Shown here: in pieces, positions 22,688-37,502 of the stretch
How the letters are laid out: the number at the start of each line of letters is the position of its first letter
Numbering within the stretch: position 1 is the first letter of the stretch
DNA from: an uncultured bacterium
GTDB lineage: Bacteria; Acidobacteriota; Vicinamibacteria; Vicinamibacterales; UBA2999
Length of the DNA stretch: 64,000 nucleotides
Direction: 5' to 3'
Assembly (NCBI GenBank): GCA_963923455.1
Contig: CAWULT010000003.1
Location: 15,935 to 79,934 of the forward strand
The notes under the pieces: generated by a model
Seen by the model: the letters and a program-made list of their open reading frames with translations, nothing else
Databases searched by the model: none
Told to the model about the DNA's origin: nothing
Program-made: the position numbers and the translations under genes

Positions 22688-24346
22688 CTACTCCAGTGCG
22701 GCGTCGGACGTTTCGTCGAGCAGGAAACGGCGATGCGCCCAGAAAGGGCCGCTCCCGTTGGCGAGCACCGCGTCATGAAACGCCCGCAACGAGTACTTCG
22801 ATCCCTGATTTTCCTTGAAGTCGCGTCGGAGCTTCAACAGCATGACCTTGCCGAGCGCCGCGGACAGGTACGAGGGTTCGAACGTGCCGCGCTCGGCCTC
22901 GCGCCTGGCGGCCGCCTCGTCGAGGAACGCCTCGTCGCGGAAGAATCGCATGCCCTGCTCGACCGACAGGTCCTCACAGTGCAGGCGAATGGCCACCGCG
23001 AGCCGGGCCAGCCGCACGAGGGCGTCGGACAGGTAGGCAAGACGCAAAGCCGCGTCCGTCTTGCGGAACCCGGCCTCGAGTGTCACCTGTACGCCGTAGT
23101 GCGCCCACCCTTCGACGAAGGCGTGTGACGCGAACATCCTCGATCTTCTGACTTTGGATTCCACCTGCCGGGCGTGGTGCGCTGCGACGAGGTGGCCGGG
23201 CAGCGCCTGGTGCATGGCCAGGCACCACAGCGCCGGCCGGCTCATCTCGCGCAGGTGCTCCTCCTGGCGCTGAACGGGCCATGATCGCTGCGCGTCCGTG
23301 ACGAACAGGACCGGCCGGCCACCCTTGCTCTCGAACGGCCCCGACGCGCACACGCTGGCCGGGCGTGGCCGGAAGATTTCTGGCGACGAGGCCACGCTCA
23401 CCGGCTCGGAGAACAGGCTGCCGAGGAGTCCGCTGCGCTCAACGAACACCCTCAACTCCTCGAGTTGCGACCGCACCTCGGCCACCAGCTGGCCTGCCAC
23501 CGGGTGGTCGGCCTTGGTCGCACGCCAGACCTCGGCCGCGTCGCCTTCACCAACTCGCGCAGCAGCCTCCCGGAACGCGTCCTGCGCCTCCTGGAGTTCC
23601 CGCAGTGCAATCGTCAGGAGGCGGTCGGCGTTCAGCGTCACGCCTTCTTCCAGCTTCAGCTTCTGCTCGAAGCGTTCGCGATTGATCCGGAAAGAAGCCT
23701 TCGAGCGGGACGCCAGGTCCGCTTCGAGATGCGACAGATAGGCCGTGACCGCCGTGGATGCTTCGGTGGATGCGTCGGCCAGGTCGCCCAGGATGTGGAG
23801 ATCGTCGAGCCGTGAGAAGGCACGGGGCAGATCCTGCTCGATGAACGAGAGAACGCCCCGCCACGTTTCCAGGCCGACCTTGACGAAGATTCCGGGCGCG
23901 TCCTTGATGTTGTCCTGAGCCGCCTCCACGAGTCGAGGCAACTGGCGCAGCTTGGAGACGACGCGCCTGGCCCGATCCGCTTCAGGGGCGTAGTCGAGCA
24001 GGGCCTGCCCCGAGAGTCCGGCGACCGCGGTCGCAGCGTAGAACTCTGGATTGCGCTCCCAGGCGCGGACCACGTCGAACTCGTGCATCCGGGCCTCGAC
24101 GTTCGACGACAGGATGCGGTGGTCCACCTGCTCGGTCGGAGTCAGGAATGCAGTGTCGATCTGCTGAAGTCGACGCGCGAACCCCGCCAATGCGCGCACG
24201 TGGCCCTCCACGGCCTGCTTGCTCAGGTCTTCGAGCAGGTCGTCGTGGGTGTGGACGCCGTCCAGGCTGGCCTGGCTCGGAAAGACCTCGTGCAGGTACG
24301 CGAGGTAGTCGTCGACAAAGTGGGGAAACGGCTCCGATGGGTACAT
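22688..24346 (-). CDS. DUF885 domain-containing protein
   Basis: 552 aa. Overall pattern (MYPSEPFPHFVDDYLAYLHEVFPSQASLDGVH...; HQALPGHLV...; EAERGTFEPSYLSAALGK) matches the DUF885 family as I remember it. Confidence 0.7.
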   Translation of the reverse strand: MYPSEPFPHFVDDYLAYLHEVFPSQASLDGVHTHDDLLEDLSKQAVEGHVRALAGFARRLQQIDTAFLTPTEQVDHRILSSNVEARMHEFDVVRAWERNPEFYAATAVAGLSGQALLDYAPEADRARRVVSKLRQLPRLVEAAQDNIKDAPGIFVKVGLETWRGVLSFIEQDLPRAFSRLDDLHILGDLADASTEASTAVTAYLSHLEADLASRSKASFRINRERFEQKLKLEEGVTLNADRLLTIALRELQEAQDAFREAAARVGEGDAAEVWRATKADHPVAGQLVAEVRSQLEELRVFVERSGLLGSLFSEPVSVASSPEIFRPRPASVCASGPFESKGGRPVLFVTDAQRSWPVQRQEEHLREMSRPALWCLAMHQALPGHLVAAHHARQVESKVRRSRMFASHAFVEGWAHYGVQVTLEAGFRKTDAALRLAYLSDALVRLARLAVAIRLHCEDLSVEQGMRFFRDEAFLDEAAARREAERGTFEPSYLSAALGKVMLLKLRRDFKENQGSKYSLRAFHDAVLANGSGPFWAHRRFLLDETSDAALE

Positions 24347-24434
24347 GCCCGGTCATGGCTGGCGCCCGAAGCGACTCGGTCCGGTGCGCGCAACCTTCCA
24401 ATGGTACAATAAAGCCTCTCCACGAAGGCATCTG

Positions 24435-25313
24435 ATGTCCGGGACGTTGTTCATGGTCGCCACGCCCATCGGCAACCTGGAGGACATCAGCGTTCGAGCG
24501 CTCCGCGTCCTGCGTGAGGTGCCCCTCATCGCCGCGGAAGACACTCGCCGCACCGCGAAACTCTTGAGTTCTCACGGCATAGCCACCCCAACCGTGAGTT
24601 TTCACAGCCACAATGCGCGCTCGCGGGTCCCGGAGCTCGTGCGCCGGCTGGAGCTCGGCGACGACGTGGCCCTGGTGTCGGATGCCGGAACGCCAGGCAT
24701 TTCGGACCCCGGGCTCGAACTCGTCGAGGCATGTCTGCATCGAGGCATCGCCGTCGACCCGATTCCCGGGCCATCGGCGCCCCTGGCTGCGGCGGTGGCG
24801 TCTGGGTTCCCACTTGACTGCTTGACGATTATGGGCTTTTGCCCGAGCAGAGGTGCCAGTCGGGCGTCGTTCCTGAGGACACTCTCGGCCCTACCCGGCG
24901 CGGCAACCTTCTTCGAGTCACCTCACAGGATTCGAAGGACCGTTGAAGAGCTTGGAATTTTTTTGGGCAGTAGACAGATTTGTATTGCCAGAGAACTCAC
25001 GAAGGTCCATCAAGAGTTTCTTCGTGGTCCGGCTGACGCAATTTCGGCGTCCACGATCGCGGAGCGTGGCGAGTTCACGATAGTTATTGGTCCAAAGACC
25101 GATAGCGCCGTGCGGTCAGAGCCACTTTCTGACGTCGATATTCTTTTGTCATTCAACAGAATTAGTAAGTCTCTTGGCGCTTCATCAAGGAGGCAAGCGG
25201 TTTCGTCGACGGCGGCCGAACTCGGCCTGTCCCAGCGAGAGGTCTATGCTGCGATTGAGCGGGCCAAGAATTCTGGTGAACAACATAACGATGACACCCA
25301 CAACGAGCTGTGA
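24435..25313 (+). CDS. rsmI: 16S rRNA (cytidine1402-2'-O)-methyltransferase
   Basis: 292 aa from ATG 24435 (MSGTLFMVATPIGNLEDISVRALRVLREVPLIAAEDTR...), with SDAGTPGISDPG and FESPHR blocks. The ORF-track start at 24345 is an upstream extension. Confidence 0.9.
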   Translation: MSGTLFMVATPIGNLEDISVRALRVLREVPLIAAEDTRRTAKLLSSHGIATPTVSFHSHNARSRVPELVRRLELGDDVALVSDAGTPGISDPGLELVEACLHRGIAVDPIPGPSAPLAAAVASGFPLDCLTIMGFCPSRGASRASFLRTLSALPGAATFFESPHRIRRTVEELGIFLGSRQICIARELTKVHQEFLRGPADAISASTIAERGEFTIVIGPKTDSAVRSEPLSDVDILLSFNRISKSLGASSRRQAVSSTAAELGLSQREVYAAIERAKNSGEQHNDDTHNEL

Positions 25314-25409
25314 CAGGCTACCTGTCAGACGTCTCAAGGCCGACACTACGGCTGGAGTCCACAGGCGTCGATGGTGGCGTGCAACGGACTTCACGCCATT
25401 CGGAGGTTG

Positions 25410-26798
25410 ATGAACTCGCAGGGTATTCACGTCGTTGTCTTGGCTGCTGGCAAGGGAACCCGGATGAAGTCTCGGATTCCCAAGATCCTCCATCAGGTCG
25501 CCGGCCTGCCCATGATCGATCGCGTGCTGGCGGCAGCCTCGGCAGTGAACCCGGCGAGCATCACGCTCGTCGTCGGCCATGGTGCGGACGCCGTACGACA
25601 GCACCTGGCCGCCCGACCGGAGGTGAAGTTCGCGGTCCAGGAGCCCCAGTTGGGAACGGCCCACGCCCTCCAGCAGGCCGGCCCGGCCCTGGAGGGTTGC
25701 CGGGGCACGCTCCTTCTGCTGTCCGGAGACGTGCCGCTGTTGACCGGCGACACCCTCACGCGCCTCATCGACACACATGGGAAGGCCGGTGCCGCCGCCA
25801 CGGTGGTCACCGCCCAGGTGGAACGTCCGTACGGCTACGGGCGAATCGTCCGGACGGACGGACAGATCGCCCGGATCGTCGAGGAGCGTGACGCGTCCCC
25901 TTCGGAGCGCCAGATCGGGGAGATCAACAGCGGCATCTATGCGTTCGACATGGCACCCCTGTTCGACGCCTTGGGAGCCGTAGCTTCGCAGAACATGCAG
26001 GGGGAGTTCTACCTGACGGACCTCGTCTCGATCTACCGCAGGCGCGGCTTGGCGGTCGAGGCGCTGCTCATCGACGACCCCGACGAGATCCGGGGCGTCA
26101 ACAGCAGGACGGAACTGGCGGAGGTCAGCGCGCTCGTGAGACAGAAGAAGAACGAAGAGTTGATGGCGGCCGGCGTGACCATCGTCGACCCAGCGACCAC
26201 CTACGTGGAGACGAACGTCGTCGTGGGCCCCGACACGGTGCTGCACCCGGGAGTCATCCTCCAGGGACAGACGCGCATCGGTGCGGCCTGCGAGATTCAT
26301 GCGAACGTCCGGATCGTCGACTCCGTCATCGGCGATCGAGCCACCGTGAACGATTTCTGCGTCATCACCGGCGCCACAATCGAGAACGGCGCCTCGGTGG
26401 GACCATTCGCCTATCTACGCCCGGAGTCGGTCCTCGGACCGGGCTCTCGCGTCGGGACCTTCGTGGAGCTCAAGAAGACCACGCTCGGCCCTGGCTCGAA
26501 GGCGAATCACCTGTCCTACCTCGGTGATGCAACCATCGGCGCGGACGTCAACATCGGCGCAGGCACCATTACGTGCAACTTCGACGGGCGGACCAAGGCG
26601 AGGACCGTCATCGAGGACAACGCTTTCATCGGCAGCGACACCCAGCTCGTGGCCCCGGTTCGTGTCGGCACTGGCGCGTACGTCGCGGCGGGATCCTCGA
26701 TCGTCCGTGACGTGCCGGGAGGCGCACTCGGCATCGCCAGGGCCAGACAGACCAACCTCGAGGGATGGGTCGAGCGCAGGAACACCAGGAAGGACTAA
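25410..26798 (+). CDS. glmU: Bifunctional UDP-N-acetylglucosamine diphosphorylase / glucosamine-1-phosphate N-acetyltransferase
   Basis: 462 aa from ATG 25410, with GGAGG 4 nt upstream. Has VVLAAGKGTRMKS and C-terminal left-handed beta-helix hexapeptide repeats. Confidence 0.93.
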   Translation: MNSQGIHVVVLAAGKGTRMKSRIPKILHQVAGLPMIDRVLAAASAVNPASITLVVGHGADAVRQHLAARPEVKFAVQEPQLGTAHALQQAGPALEGCRGTLLLLSGDVPLLTGDTLTRLIDTHGKAGAAATVVTAQVERPYGYGRIVRTDGQIARIVEERDASPSERQIGEINSGIYAFDMAPLFDALGAVASQNMQGEFYLTDLVSIYRRRGLAVEALLIDDPDEIRGVNSRTELAEVSALVRQKKNEELMAAGVTIVDPATTYVETNVVVGPDTVLHPGVILQGQTRIGAACEIHANVRIVDSVIGDRATVNDFCVITGATIENGASVGPFAYLRPESVLGPGSRVGTFVELKKTTLGPGSKANHLSYLGDATIGADVNIGAGTITCNFDGRTKARTVIEDNAFIGSDTQLVAPVRVGTGAYVAAGSSIVRDVPGGALGIARARQTNLEGWVERRNTRKD

Positions 26799-26807
26799 GC
26801 TCCAGTC

Positions 26808-28652
26808 ATGTGCGGCATCATCGGATACATCGGTTCGAAGCCTGTGGTTCCCGTTCTGCTCGATGGCCTGAGGCGGATGGAGTATCGCGGGTACGACTCA
26901 GCAGGCGTTGCGCTCCTGACGCCCCAAGGGGTCTCGCTTCGCCGCTCGGCCGGAAAGCTGTCGAACCTCGAGAACGCGATCAAGGCGGAGCCGCTGGACG
27001 GCGTGTACGGAATCGGGCACACGCGCTGGGCCACGCACGGCCGTCCCACAGAAGAGAACGCCCACCCGCATCGTGACTGCACCGGGCGAATCGTCGTGGT
27101 GCACAACGGCATCATCGAGAACTATCTCGAACTGAAGCGAGAGCTCCAGGCCGCCGGCCACGTCTTCCGCACCGAGACCGATACCGAGATCGTCGCGCAT
27201 CTGGTCGAACGCGAGACGCGGACGGACGGGCTCGAGAACGCGGTCCGCCGCGCTCTGACGTTCATGCGCGGCATGTTCGCGCTCGTGCTGGTGGCCGTGG
27301 ACGACCCGGAGAAGATCGTCGCGGTGCGCAACGGGCCGCCGATCGTCGTCGGCCTCGGCCAGGACGAATTCTTCGTCGCCTCGGACATTCCCGCGATCCT
27401 GGCGCACACCAGGGACGTCGTCTTCCTTGGCGACGAGGAAATGGCCGTCATCACTCGCTCGGGTGTCGTGTTCACGGACTACGAGGGCCGGGAAGTGTCG
27501 AAGACGTCGCAGCGGGTGCTGTGGGATCCCATCGCCGCCGAGAAGGGCGGGCACAAGCACTTCATGCTCAAGGAGATATTCGAGCAGGCGTCCGCTGCAA
27601 GGGACACGATCCTCGGCCGGGTGTCGCTCGACCGCGGCCAGATATTCCTCGAGGACCTGCACATCTCGGACGACCGCTTCAGGTCGCTGCAGAAGGTGAC
27701 GATCATCGCCTGCGGCACGTCTTGGCATGCAGGCCTGGTCGGCAAGTACCTGATCGAGGGCCTGGCGCAGGTGCCGGTCGAGGTCGACTACGGCTCCGAA
27801 TACCGGTACCGAAGCCCCATCGTCTCGAACCACGAGCTGGCAATCGCGATCACGCAGTCGGGGGAGACGGCCGACACCCTCGCCGCGTTGCGCGAGGCGC
27901 GGCGCAAGGGTGCCAGCAGCATCGCCATCTGCAACGTCGTCGGCAGCATGGCCACCCGGGAGGCCGACGGGACGGTCTACACGCACGCCGGTCCCGAAAT
28001 CGGCGTCGCCTCGACCAAGGCGTTCACCTCTCAGCTCGTGGCGCTGCACCTGCTGGCGCTGTACATGGCGCAGGTGCGCGGCACGCTGGCACAGGGGGAC
28101 ATCCGCCACCACATCGAGAGCCTCCTCCACCTCCCGCAGACGATCGAGCAGGCGATCAAGGCGTCAGGCGTCATGAGCAGGGTGGCCGAGCGGTTCCACA
28201 GCCGAACGGACTTCCTCTTTCTCGGGCGTGGCATCAACTACCCGATCGCGCTCGAGGGCGCCTTGAAGCTGAAGGAGATCTCCTACATCCACGCGGAAGG
28301 CTATCCAGCCGGCGAGATGAAGCACGGGCCGATAGCCTTGATCGACGAACAGATGCCCATCGTCGCAATCGCTCCGGACGATCCGGTCTTCGAAAAGATG
28401 GTCGGGAACGTGCAGGAGGCGAAGGCCAGGGGCGGGTCGGTCATCGCGATCACGACAGAGGGCGACGAGCGGATGCTCGGCGTCGTCGACCGCGACCATG
28501 ACGTCGTCGTGCCGATGCCGAGGACGACGCCATTCCTGACACCAATCGTGATGACCGTGCCACTCCAGTTGCTCGCGTACCACATCGCCGTCCGCCGTGG
28601 CTGCGACGTGGACCAGCCCCGCAACCTCGCCAAGTCCGTCACCGTGGAGTAG
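26808..28652 (+). CDS. glmS: Glutamine--fructose-6-phosphate aminotransferase (isomerizing)
   Basis: 614 aa, N-terminal MCGIIGY nucleophile, two SIS domains, C-terminal ...NLAKSVTVE. Confidence 0.97.
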   Translation: MCGIIGYIGSKPVVPVLLDGLRRMEYRGYDSAGVALLTPQGVSLRRSAGKLSNLENAIKAEPLDGVYGIGHTRWATHGRPTEENAHPHRDCTGRIVVVHNGIIENYLELKRELQAAGHVFRTETDTEIVAHLVERETRTDGLENAVRRALTFMRGMFALVLVAVDDPEKIVAVRNGPPIVVGLGQDEFFVASDIPAILAHTRDVVFLGDEEMAVITRSGVVFTDYEGREVSKTSQRVLWDPIAAEKGGHKHFMLKEIFEQASAARDTILGRVSLDRGQIFLEDLHISDDRFRSLQKVTIIACGTSWHAGLVGKYLIEGLAQVPVEVDYGSEYRYRSPIVSNHELAIAITQSGETADTLAALREARRKGASSIAICNVVGSMATREADGTVYTHAGPEIGVASTKAFTSQLVALHLLALYMAQVRGTLAQGDIRHHIESLLHLPQTIEQAIKASGVMSRVAERFHSRTDFLFLGRGINYPIALEGALKLKEISYIHAEGYPAGEMKHGPIALIDEQMPIVAIAPDDPVFEKMVGNVQEAKARGGSVIAITTEGDERMLGVVDRDHDVVVPMPRTTPFLTPIVMTVPLQLLAYHIAVRRGCDVDQPRNLAKSVTVE

Positions 28653-28671
28653 CAACCGGTAGAATGGAGGC

Positions 28672-30906
28672 TTGGATCTGATTTCAGGCCTCAACCCAGA
28701 ACAGCGGGAGGCGGTCCTCCACTCGGAGGGTCCCCTCCTGATCCTCGCGGGCGCCGGTTCGGGCAAGACCCGCGTCATCGCCCACAGGATCGCCCACCTC
28801 GTGCAGGAGGGCATCACCGAGGCAGACCGAATCCTTGCCGTCACCTTCACGAACAAGGCGGCAGAGGAGATGCGGACGCGCGTTGAAGCTCTGCTGCGCA
28901 CCGACTGCCGGCAGATGTGGATCTCGACGTTCCACGCTCTGTGCGCCAGGCTGCTGCGGCGCGAGGCGACACACATCGGCCTCTCGCGAGACTTCGTCAT
29001 CTACGACTCGAGCGACCAGCTCGCCGTCGTCAAGGAGGCGATCAGGTCGCTCGGACTCGACGACGGGGCACTGCAGCCGCGGGCCGTGCTGTCACGGATC
29101 AGCCACGCGAAGAACCGGATGGAGGGCCCTGGGGAGGGGGAGGGTCAGTCATGGAACCCGCGAGAGCAGCAGTTCACGAAGCTCTTCGAACTGTACGTGG
29201 CCGCCCTGCGCGAGGCCAACGCCCTCGACTTCGATGACCTGCTCCTCAAGACGGTAGAGCTGTTCGAGACGTCTCCGACGGTGCGCGATCGGTACGGCCG
29301 CAAGTTCACGCATCTGATGGTCGATGAGTACCAGGATACGAACCGGCCCCAGTACCTGCTCGTGCAGCGGCTGGCCGAGCAGCGGCGCAACCTCTGTGTC
29401 GTCGGGGATCCCGACCAGTCCATCTACAAGTGGCGCGGGGCCGACCTGCGCAACATCCTCGACTTCGAGAGGGACTTTCCCGAAGTCACCGTCGTCAAGC
29501 TCGAGCGAAACTACCGTTCGACGCAGGTCATTCTCGACGCCGCCTCGGCCGTGATTTCGCAGAACCGCAACCGCAAGGAGAAGCGCCTCTACACGGAGCG
29601 TCAGGGCGGTGCGAAGATCCTTCGGTACCAGGCCGGGGACGACCTGGACGAGGCGGAGTTCATCAGTCGGGTGGCCCGCACTGCGCTGCGCGAGGACGGC
29701 GACAACTCGGTGGCCGTCCTGTACCGGACGAACGCCCAGTCGCGATCGATCGAGGACGGCCTTCGGAGGGCTGGCATCTCCTACCGCATCGTCGGCGGTG
29801 TGCGGTTCTACGAGCGGAAGGAGATCAAGGACGCCTTGGCCTATCTGAAGCTGGCCCTCAATCCGCACGACGACGTCAGCCTTCGGCGCGTCATCAACAC
29901 GCCTGCGAGGGGCATCGGCAAGGGTGTGATGGAGGCGCTGGCTGGCGTCACTGTGGCGCCGGGCGAGTCCTCACCGCTGTTCTCCTCTCTCGACGCGCGT
30001 CCGTCGAACGATTCTCTGTGGTCCCGTCTGGTCTTCGCCGTCGATGAACGCATTCTGGCACCGCGGTCGATCACCGCGCTGTCGGGTTTTCGCGCCGTCC
30101 TCGACGAGGCGTCGGCTATCGCGTCATCGGAGGCTGTATCCCTCGCGGTCGGTCGGATCATCGAACGAAGCGGTTACCTGCGCGATCTGCGCGAGGAACG
30201 CAGCGAAGAGGCCGAGGCCAGGGTCGAGAACCTGATGGAACTCGTCTCCGCCGCCCGGGAGTACGAGGCCAGATCGCCCGAGCCGTCTCTTGGCGGCTTC
30301 GTCGACCAGCTCTCGCTGCTGTCCGACGTTGACGAGGAATCGGGCTCCCAAGGCGCACGGGTCCTGATGATGACCATGCACAGCGCCAAAGGCCTTGAAT
30401 TCCCAGTCGTGGTCATCGCGGGCCTCGAGGAGGGATTGTTTCCGCATTCGCGATCGCGTGATGACGAGGGAGAGCTGGAGGAAGAGCGGAGGCTGTTCTA
30501 CGTCGGGATCACCCGAGCCGAGCGCAGGCTGGTGTTCACCTCGGCCGCCAGACGGAGGGTGTTCGGGGACTACCAGGCCATGGAGCCCTCGCGGTTTCTC
30601 GAAGAGATTCCCCCGCAGTTGATGGAGGAGGCGCCCTCCGCATTCCAGCCCGCCGCCGTTCCGGCCGCGTACGGACGGCGATTTCAGCCGCGCGAACCGA
30701 CGCCCAGTTACCGATACGAAGACGAAGACCAGTCGAGCCCGTCAGGCCTGCGAGTGGGGTCGAGGGTACGGCACGCGCAGTTCGGCACGGGGACGGTGCT
30801 GGCCGTCGAACCGCTCGGCGACGACACCAAATTGGTGGTGCGCTTCAACAGCGTCGGTCAGAAGACGCTGCGCGCCAAGTTCGCAAAACTCGAGCTGGCC
30901 GGCTGA
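28672..30906 (+). CDS. uvrD: ATP-dependent DNA helicase, UvrD/PcrA family
   Basis: 744 aa, TTG start. Walker A AGAGSGKTRV, MVDEYQDTN, TMHSAKGLEF and VGITRA blocks. Confidence 0.93.
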   Translation: MDLISGLNPEQREAVLHSEGPLLILAGAGSGKTRVIAHRIAHLVQEGITEADRILAVTFTNKAAEEMRTRVEALLRTDCRQMWISTFHALCARLLRREATHIGLSRDFVIYDSSDQLAVVKEAIRSLGLDDGALQPRAVLSRISHAKNRMEGPGEGEGQSWNPREQQFTKLFELYVAALREANALDFDDLLLKTVELFETSPTVRDRYGRKFTHLMVDEYQDTNRPQYLLVQRLAEQRRNLCVVGDPDQSIYKWRGADLRNILDFERDFPEVTVVKLERNYRSTQVILDAASAVISQNRNRKEKRLYTERQGGAKILRYQAGDDLDEAEFISRVARTALREDGDNSVAVLYRTNAQSRSIEDGLRRAGISYRIVGGVRFYERKEIKDALAYLKLALNPHDDVSLRRVINTPARGIGKGVMEALAGVTVAPGESSPLFSSLDARPSNDSLWSRLVFAVDERILAPRSITALSGFRAVLDEASAIASSEAVSLAVGRIIERSGYLRDLREERSEEAEARVENLMELVSAAREYEARSPEPSLGGFVDQLSLLSDVDEESGSQGARVLMMTMHSAKGLEFPVVVIAGLEEGLFPHSRSRDDEGELEEERRLFYVGITRAERRLVFTSAARRRVFGDYQAMEPSRFLEEIPPQLMEEAPSAFQPAAVPAAYGRRFQPREPTPSYRYEDEDQSSPSGLRVGSRVRHAQFGTGTVLAVEPLGDDTKLVVRFNSVGQKTLRAKFAKLELAG

Positions 30907-30919
30907 CGCCAGGCTCCTG

Positions 30920-33445
30920 CTACTGCTCCGGTTCTACCGCCGGCACAGACTCGGCCGTGGGGGAAGGCGCCGCAGCGTCGGCCTCCACCTCCTCGTCCTG
31001 CTCGGCCAGTCGCGCGATCGACACCACACGATCGTCGCCCTCGACGTCGATGAGGCGCACACCCTGCGTCGCTCGGCCGATGGTCCTGACATCCTTCGAC
31101 GCCATGCGAAGGATCTTCCCCTGCTGCGTGATGAGCATGAACTGGTCGGCGTCGGTGACCTGGGCGATGCCAACGACCTTCCCGTTGCGCTCCGTCGTCT
31201 GGATGTTGATGATGCCGACGCCGCCCCGGGACTGCAGTCGGTACTCGTCGAGCACTGTCCGCTTGCCGTACCCCTGATCGGTGACGGACAGCACAGTACC
31301 GCCCGCGCCGACGACCTCGAGCGCCACGGCCCGATCGTCGTCGCGCAGCGTGATACCGCGCACACCGAAGGCCGTGCGGCCCATCGGTCGAACGTCGGTT
31401 TCCGGGAACCGGATGGCCATGCCTTCGGCTGTGCCGATGAGCACCTCCCCGGCGCCATCCGAGATCACGGCGGAGATCACCGAGTCGCCCTCCTCGACCC
31501 CCATCGCGATGATGCCTCCGGCGCGGGGGTTGCTGAAGGCGCTGAGCTCGGTCTTCTTCACGACGCCTCGGCTCGTGCCCATCACGATGAAGCGATCCCC
31601 CTCGAAGTCCTTCACGGGCAGGAGCGCCGCGATGCGCTCACCCGGTTCCATCGACACCAGGTTGGCGATGGCCTTTCCTCGGCCGTCGGGCCCGACGTCC
31701 GGCACCTCGTGCACCTTCAGCCAGTACGCACGCCCCCGATCCGAGAAGATCATGATGTAGGCGTGCGTCGAAGCCACGAACAGGTGGCTGACAAAGTCCT
31801 CTTCCCGGGTCCTCATGCCGATGCGACCCTTGCCGCCCCTGCGCTGGTTCCGGTAGGTCGAGATCGCCGTCCGCTTGATGTAGCCGGTGTTGCTGACCGT
31901 GATCGCCATGTCCTCCTCGGCGATCAAGTCCTCCATGCGCAGCTCACCCTCGTCGGCCAGGATCTGCGTCCGGCGGTCGTCACCGTACTTCGCCTGGATG
32001 TGGCGCAGTTCGCCGACGACGATTTCCATCACCAGTTTCTCGCTCGCGAGGATCGCGAGGAGGCGTTCGATCAGCTTCAGCAGTTCGGCCAGTTCATCGA
32101 GGATCTTCTGGCGCTCGAGACCCGTCAGCCGCTGCAGTTGCATGTCGAGAATGGCCTGGGCCTGGATCTGTGACAGGCCGAACTCCCGAATCAGGCCATC
32201 ACGCGCCTCCGCCGGGTTTCTCGATGCCCTGATCAACGCGATGACCGCGTCGAGGTGGTCGAGCGCGATCTTCAGGCCTTCGAGGATGTGACGACGGGCC
32301 TCGGCCTTCCTGAGTTCGAACTCCGTCCTGCGCCGCACGACTTCGCGCCGGAAGTCGACGAAGTTGTCGATCAGCTCCGGCAGCGACAGCACCTTCGGCC
32401 GGCCGCCGACGATGGCCAGCATGATAATCCCGAAGCTGCTCTGGAGTTGCGTGTGCTTGTAGAGGTTGTTGAGAACGACCTCACCCACCTCGCCGCGTTT
32501 CAAGTCGATGACGACGCGCATGCCGTCGCGATCGGACTCGTCGCGTATGTCCGAGATGCCCTCGATGATCTTCTCCCGCACGAGTTCGGCAATCCGCTCG
32601 ATCAGGCGGGCCTTGTTGACCTGGTAAGGGATCGCGTCGATGACGATTGACTGGCGGTCGCCTTTCTTGGACACCTCGATCTCGGCTCGGCCGCGCATCA
32701 CGATGGTGCCCCGTCCGGTCAGGTACGCCTGTTGGATCCCGTGCCGGCCGACGATGCAGCCTCCCGTCGGGAAGTCCGGGCCTGGCAGCAACTCGAGGAG
32801 CTTTCGCTGCCGCTCGGCCAGGGTCGGGGGCTCTTGGGCGCTGGCGATCTCGATGGTCCAGATCACGGCATCGATCACCTCGCGCATGTTGTGCGGCGGG
32901 ATGTTCGTGGCCATGCCGACCGCGATGCCGGCGGACCCGTTGACCAGGAGGTTCGGGTACGGGGCCGGGAAGACGGTTGGCTCCTCGGTGGTCTCGTCGA
33001 AGTTCGGAACGAAATCGACGGTGTCCTTGTCGAGGTCCGCCATCAGCTCTTCGGCGAGGGCTTCGAGTCGTGCTTCCGTGTACCGATATGCGGCCGGCGG
33101 GTCACCGTCGATCGAGCCGAAGTTCCCCTGGCCGTCGACCAGGGGATACCGCATGTTGAAGTCCTGCGCCAGGCGAACCAGCGTGTCGTAGGCTGGAGCG
33201 TCCCCGTGTGGATGGTAGTTGCCGATGACCTCGCCGACGATCTTCGCGCACTTGCGGTAGGCCCGGTTCGAAGCGAGGCCCATCTGGCTCATCGCGTAGA
33301 GCACACGGCGATGGGCGGGTTTCAGGCCATCTCGAACGTCCGGCAGCGCTCGCCCGATGATCACGCTCATGGCGTAATCCATGTACGAGCGTTTCATCTC
33401 GTCTTCGATGTTGACGGGGATGCGGTTGGAATTCGGTGCGTTCAT
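30920..33445 (-). CDS. gyrA: DNA gyrase subunit A
   Basis: 841 aa, with the active-site region [10 protein letters not shown] and the GyrA box QRRGGKGR. Convergent with uvrD across a 13-nt gap. Confidence 0.97.
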   Translation of the reverse strand: MNAPNSNRIPVNIEDEMKRSYMDYAMSVIIGRALPDVRDGLKPAHRRVLYAMSQMGLASNRAYRKCAKIVGEVIGNYHPHGDAPAYDTLVRLAQDFNMRYPLVDGQGNFGSIDGDPPAAYRYTEARLEALAEELMADLDKDTVDFVPNFDETTEEPTVFPAPYPNLLVNGSAGIAVGMATNIPPHNMREVIDAVIWTIEIASAQEPPTLAERQRKLLELLPGPDFPTGGCIVGRHGIQQAYLTGRGTIVMRGRAEIEVSKKGDRQSIVIDAIPYQVNKARLIERIAELVREKIIEGISDIRDESDRDGMRVVIDLKRGEVGEVVLNNLYKHTQLQSSFGIIMLAIVGGRPKVLSLPELIDNFVDFRREVVRRRTEFELRKAEARRHILEGLKIALDHLDAVIALIRASRNPAEARDGLIREFGLSQIQAQAILDMQLQRLTGLERQKILDELAELLKLIERLLAILASEKLVMEIVVGELRHIQAKYGDDRRTQILADEGELRMEDLIAEEDMAITVSNTGYIKRTAISTYRNQRRGGKGRIGMRTREEDFVSHLFVASTHAYIMIFSDRGRAYWLKVHEVPDVGPDGRGKAIANLVSMEPGERIAALLPVKDFEGDRFIVMGTSRGVVKKTELSAFSNPRAGGIIAMGVEEGDSVISAVISDGAGEVLIGTAEGMAIRFPETDVRPMGRTAFGVRGITLRDDDRAVALEVVGAGGTVLSVTDQGYGKRTVLDEYRLQSRGGVGIINIQTTERNGKVVGIAQVTDADQFMLITQQGKILRMASKDVRTIGRATQGVRLIDVEGDDRVVSIARLAEQDEEVEADAAAPSPTAESVPAVEPEQ

Positions 33446-33519
33446 GACTGCCTGGTCTTCGGCGGATTCAACGGGCGTTCCTGGCGGTCCACGACCGCCG
33501 TGAATGCCGTATCGATGTG

Positions 33520-37211
<3,692 letters not shown>

Positions 37212-37280
37212 AGGCGTGTAATGACCTCGGGACGGAGGAGCGCAGTCCATGCAGACCGGAACCGGTGGGGTCAGGCCTGG

Positions 37281-37385
37281 GATTACTTCGAATGTGTAGA
37301 GAAAGGCCAAGAAATTATACAGAAAAACAAGGCGTGTGCAAAACTCGGATGGTAATCGTTACTGATTGCAAATAAAAGACTTCGA
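37281..37385. other. AT-rich tract in the dnaA-dnaN spacer (candidate DNA-unwinding element of oriC)
   Basis: Hand count gives 37 G+C in the 100 nt from 37281 to 37380, against a roughly two-thirds GC background. Contains GAAATTATACAGAAAAACAA and TTGCAAATAAAAGAC. Confidence 0.45.
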
Positions 37386-37455
37386 CCTCCTCGTCGCGTG
37401 TGCGTGGTACGGCGGCTTCCTGATGGTGATCGGGGTAGTCGAACCGGCCGTCCCG

Positions 37456-37502
37456 GCATCCACAGACGGTCCACAGGCTCCCGTGTGGAATGGTGTGGAA
37501 AT
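37456..37502. promoter_or_regulatory. Cluster of four DnaA-box-like 9-mers (two per orientation) abutting the dnaA stop codon
   Basis: GCATCCACA (37456-64), CGGTCCACA (37467-75), TGTGGAATG (37484-92, rc CATTCCACA) and TGTGGAAAT (37494-502, rc ATTTCCACA). They match the TTATCCACA consensus at 6-7 of 9 positions, and the TCCACA core is invariant. Confidence 0.55.

Noticed and set aside
26799-26807. Looked for a glmS ribozyme or leader upstream of glmS
   Set aside because: glmU and glmS are only 9 nt apart, so there is no room for the ribozyme. That element is in any case mostly a Firmicutes feature.
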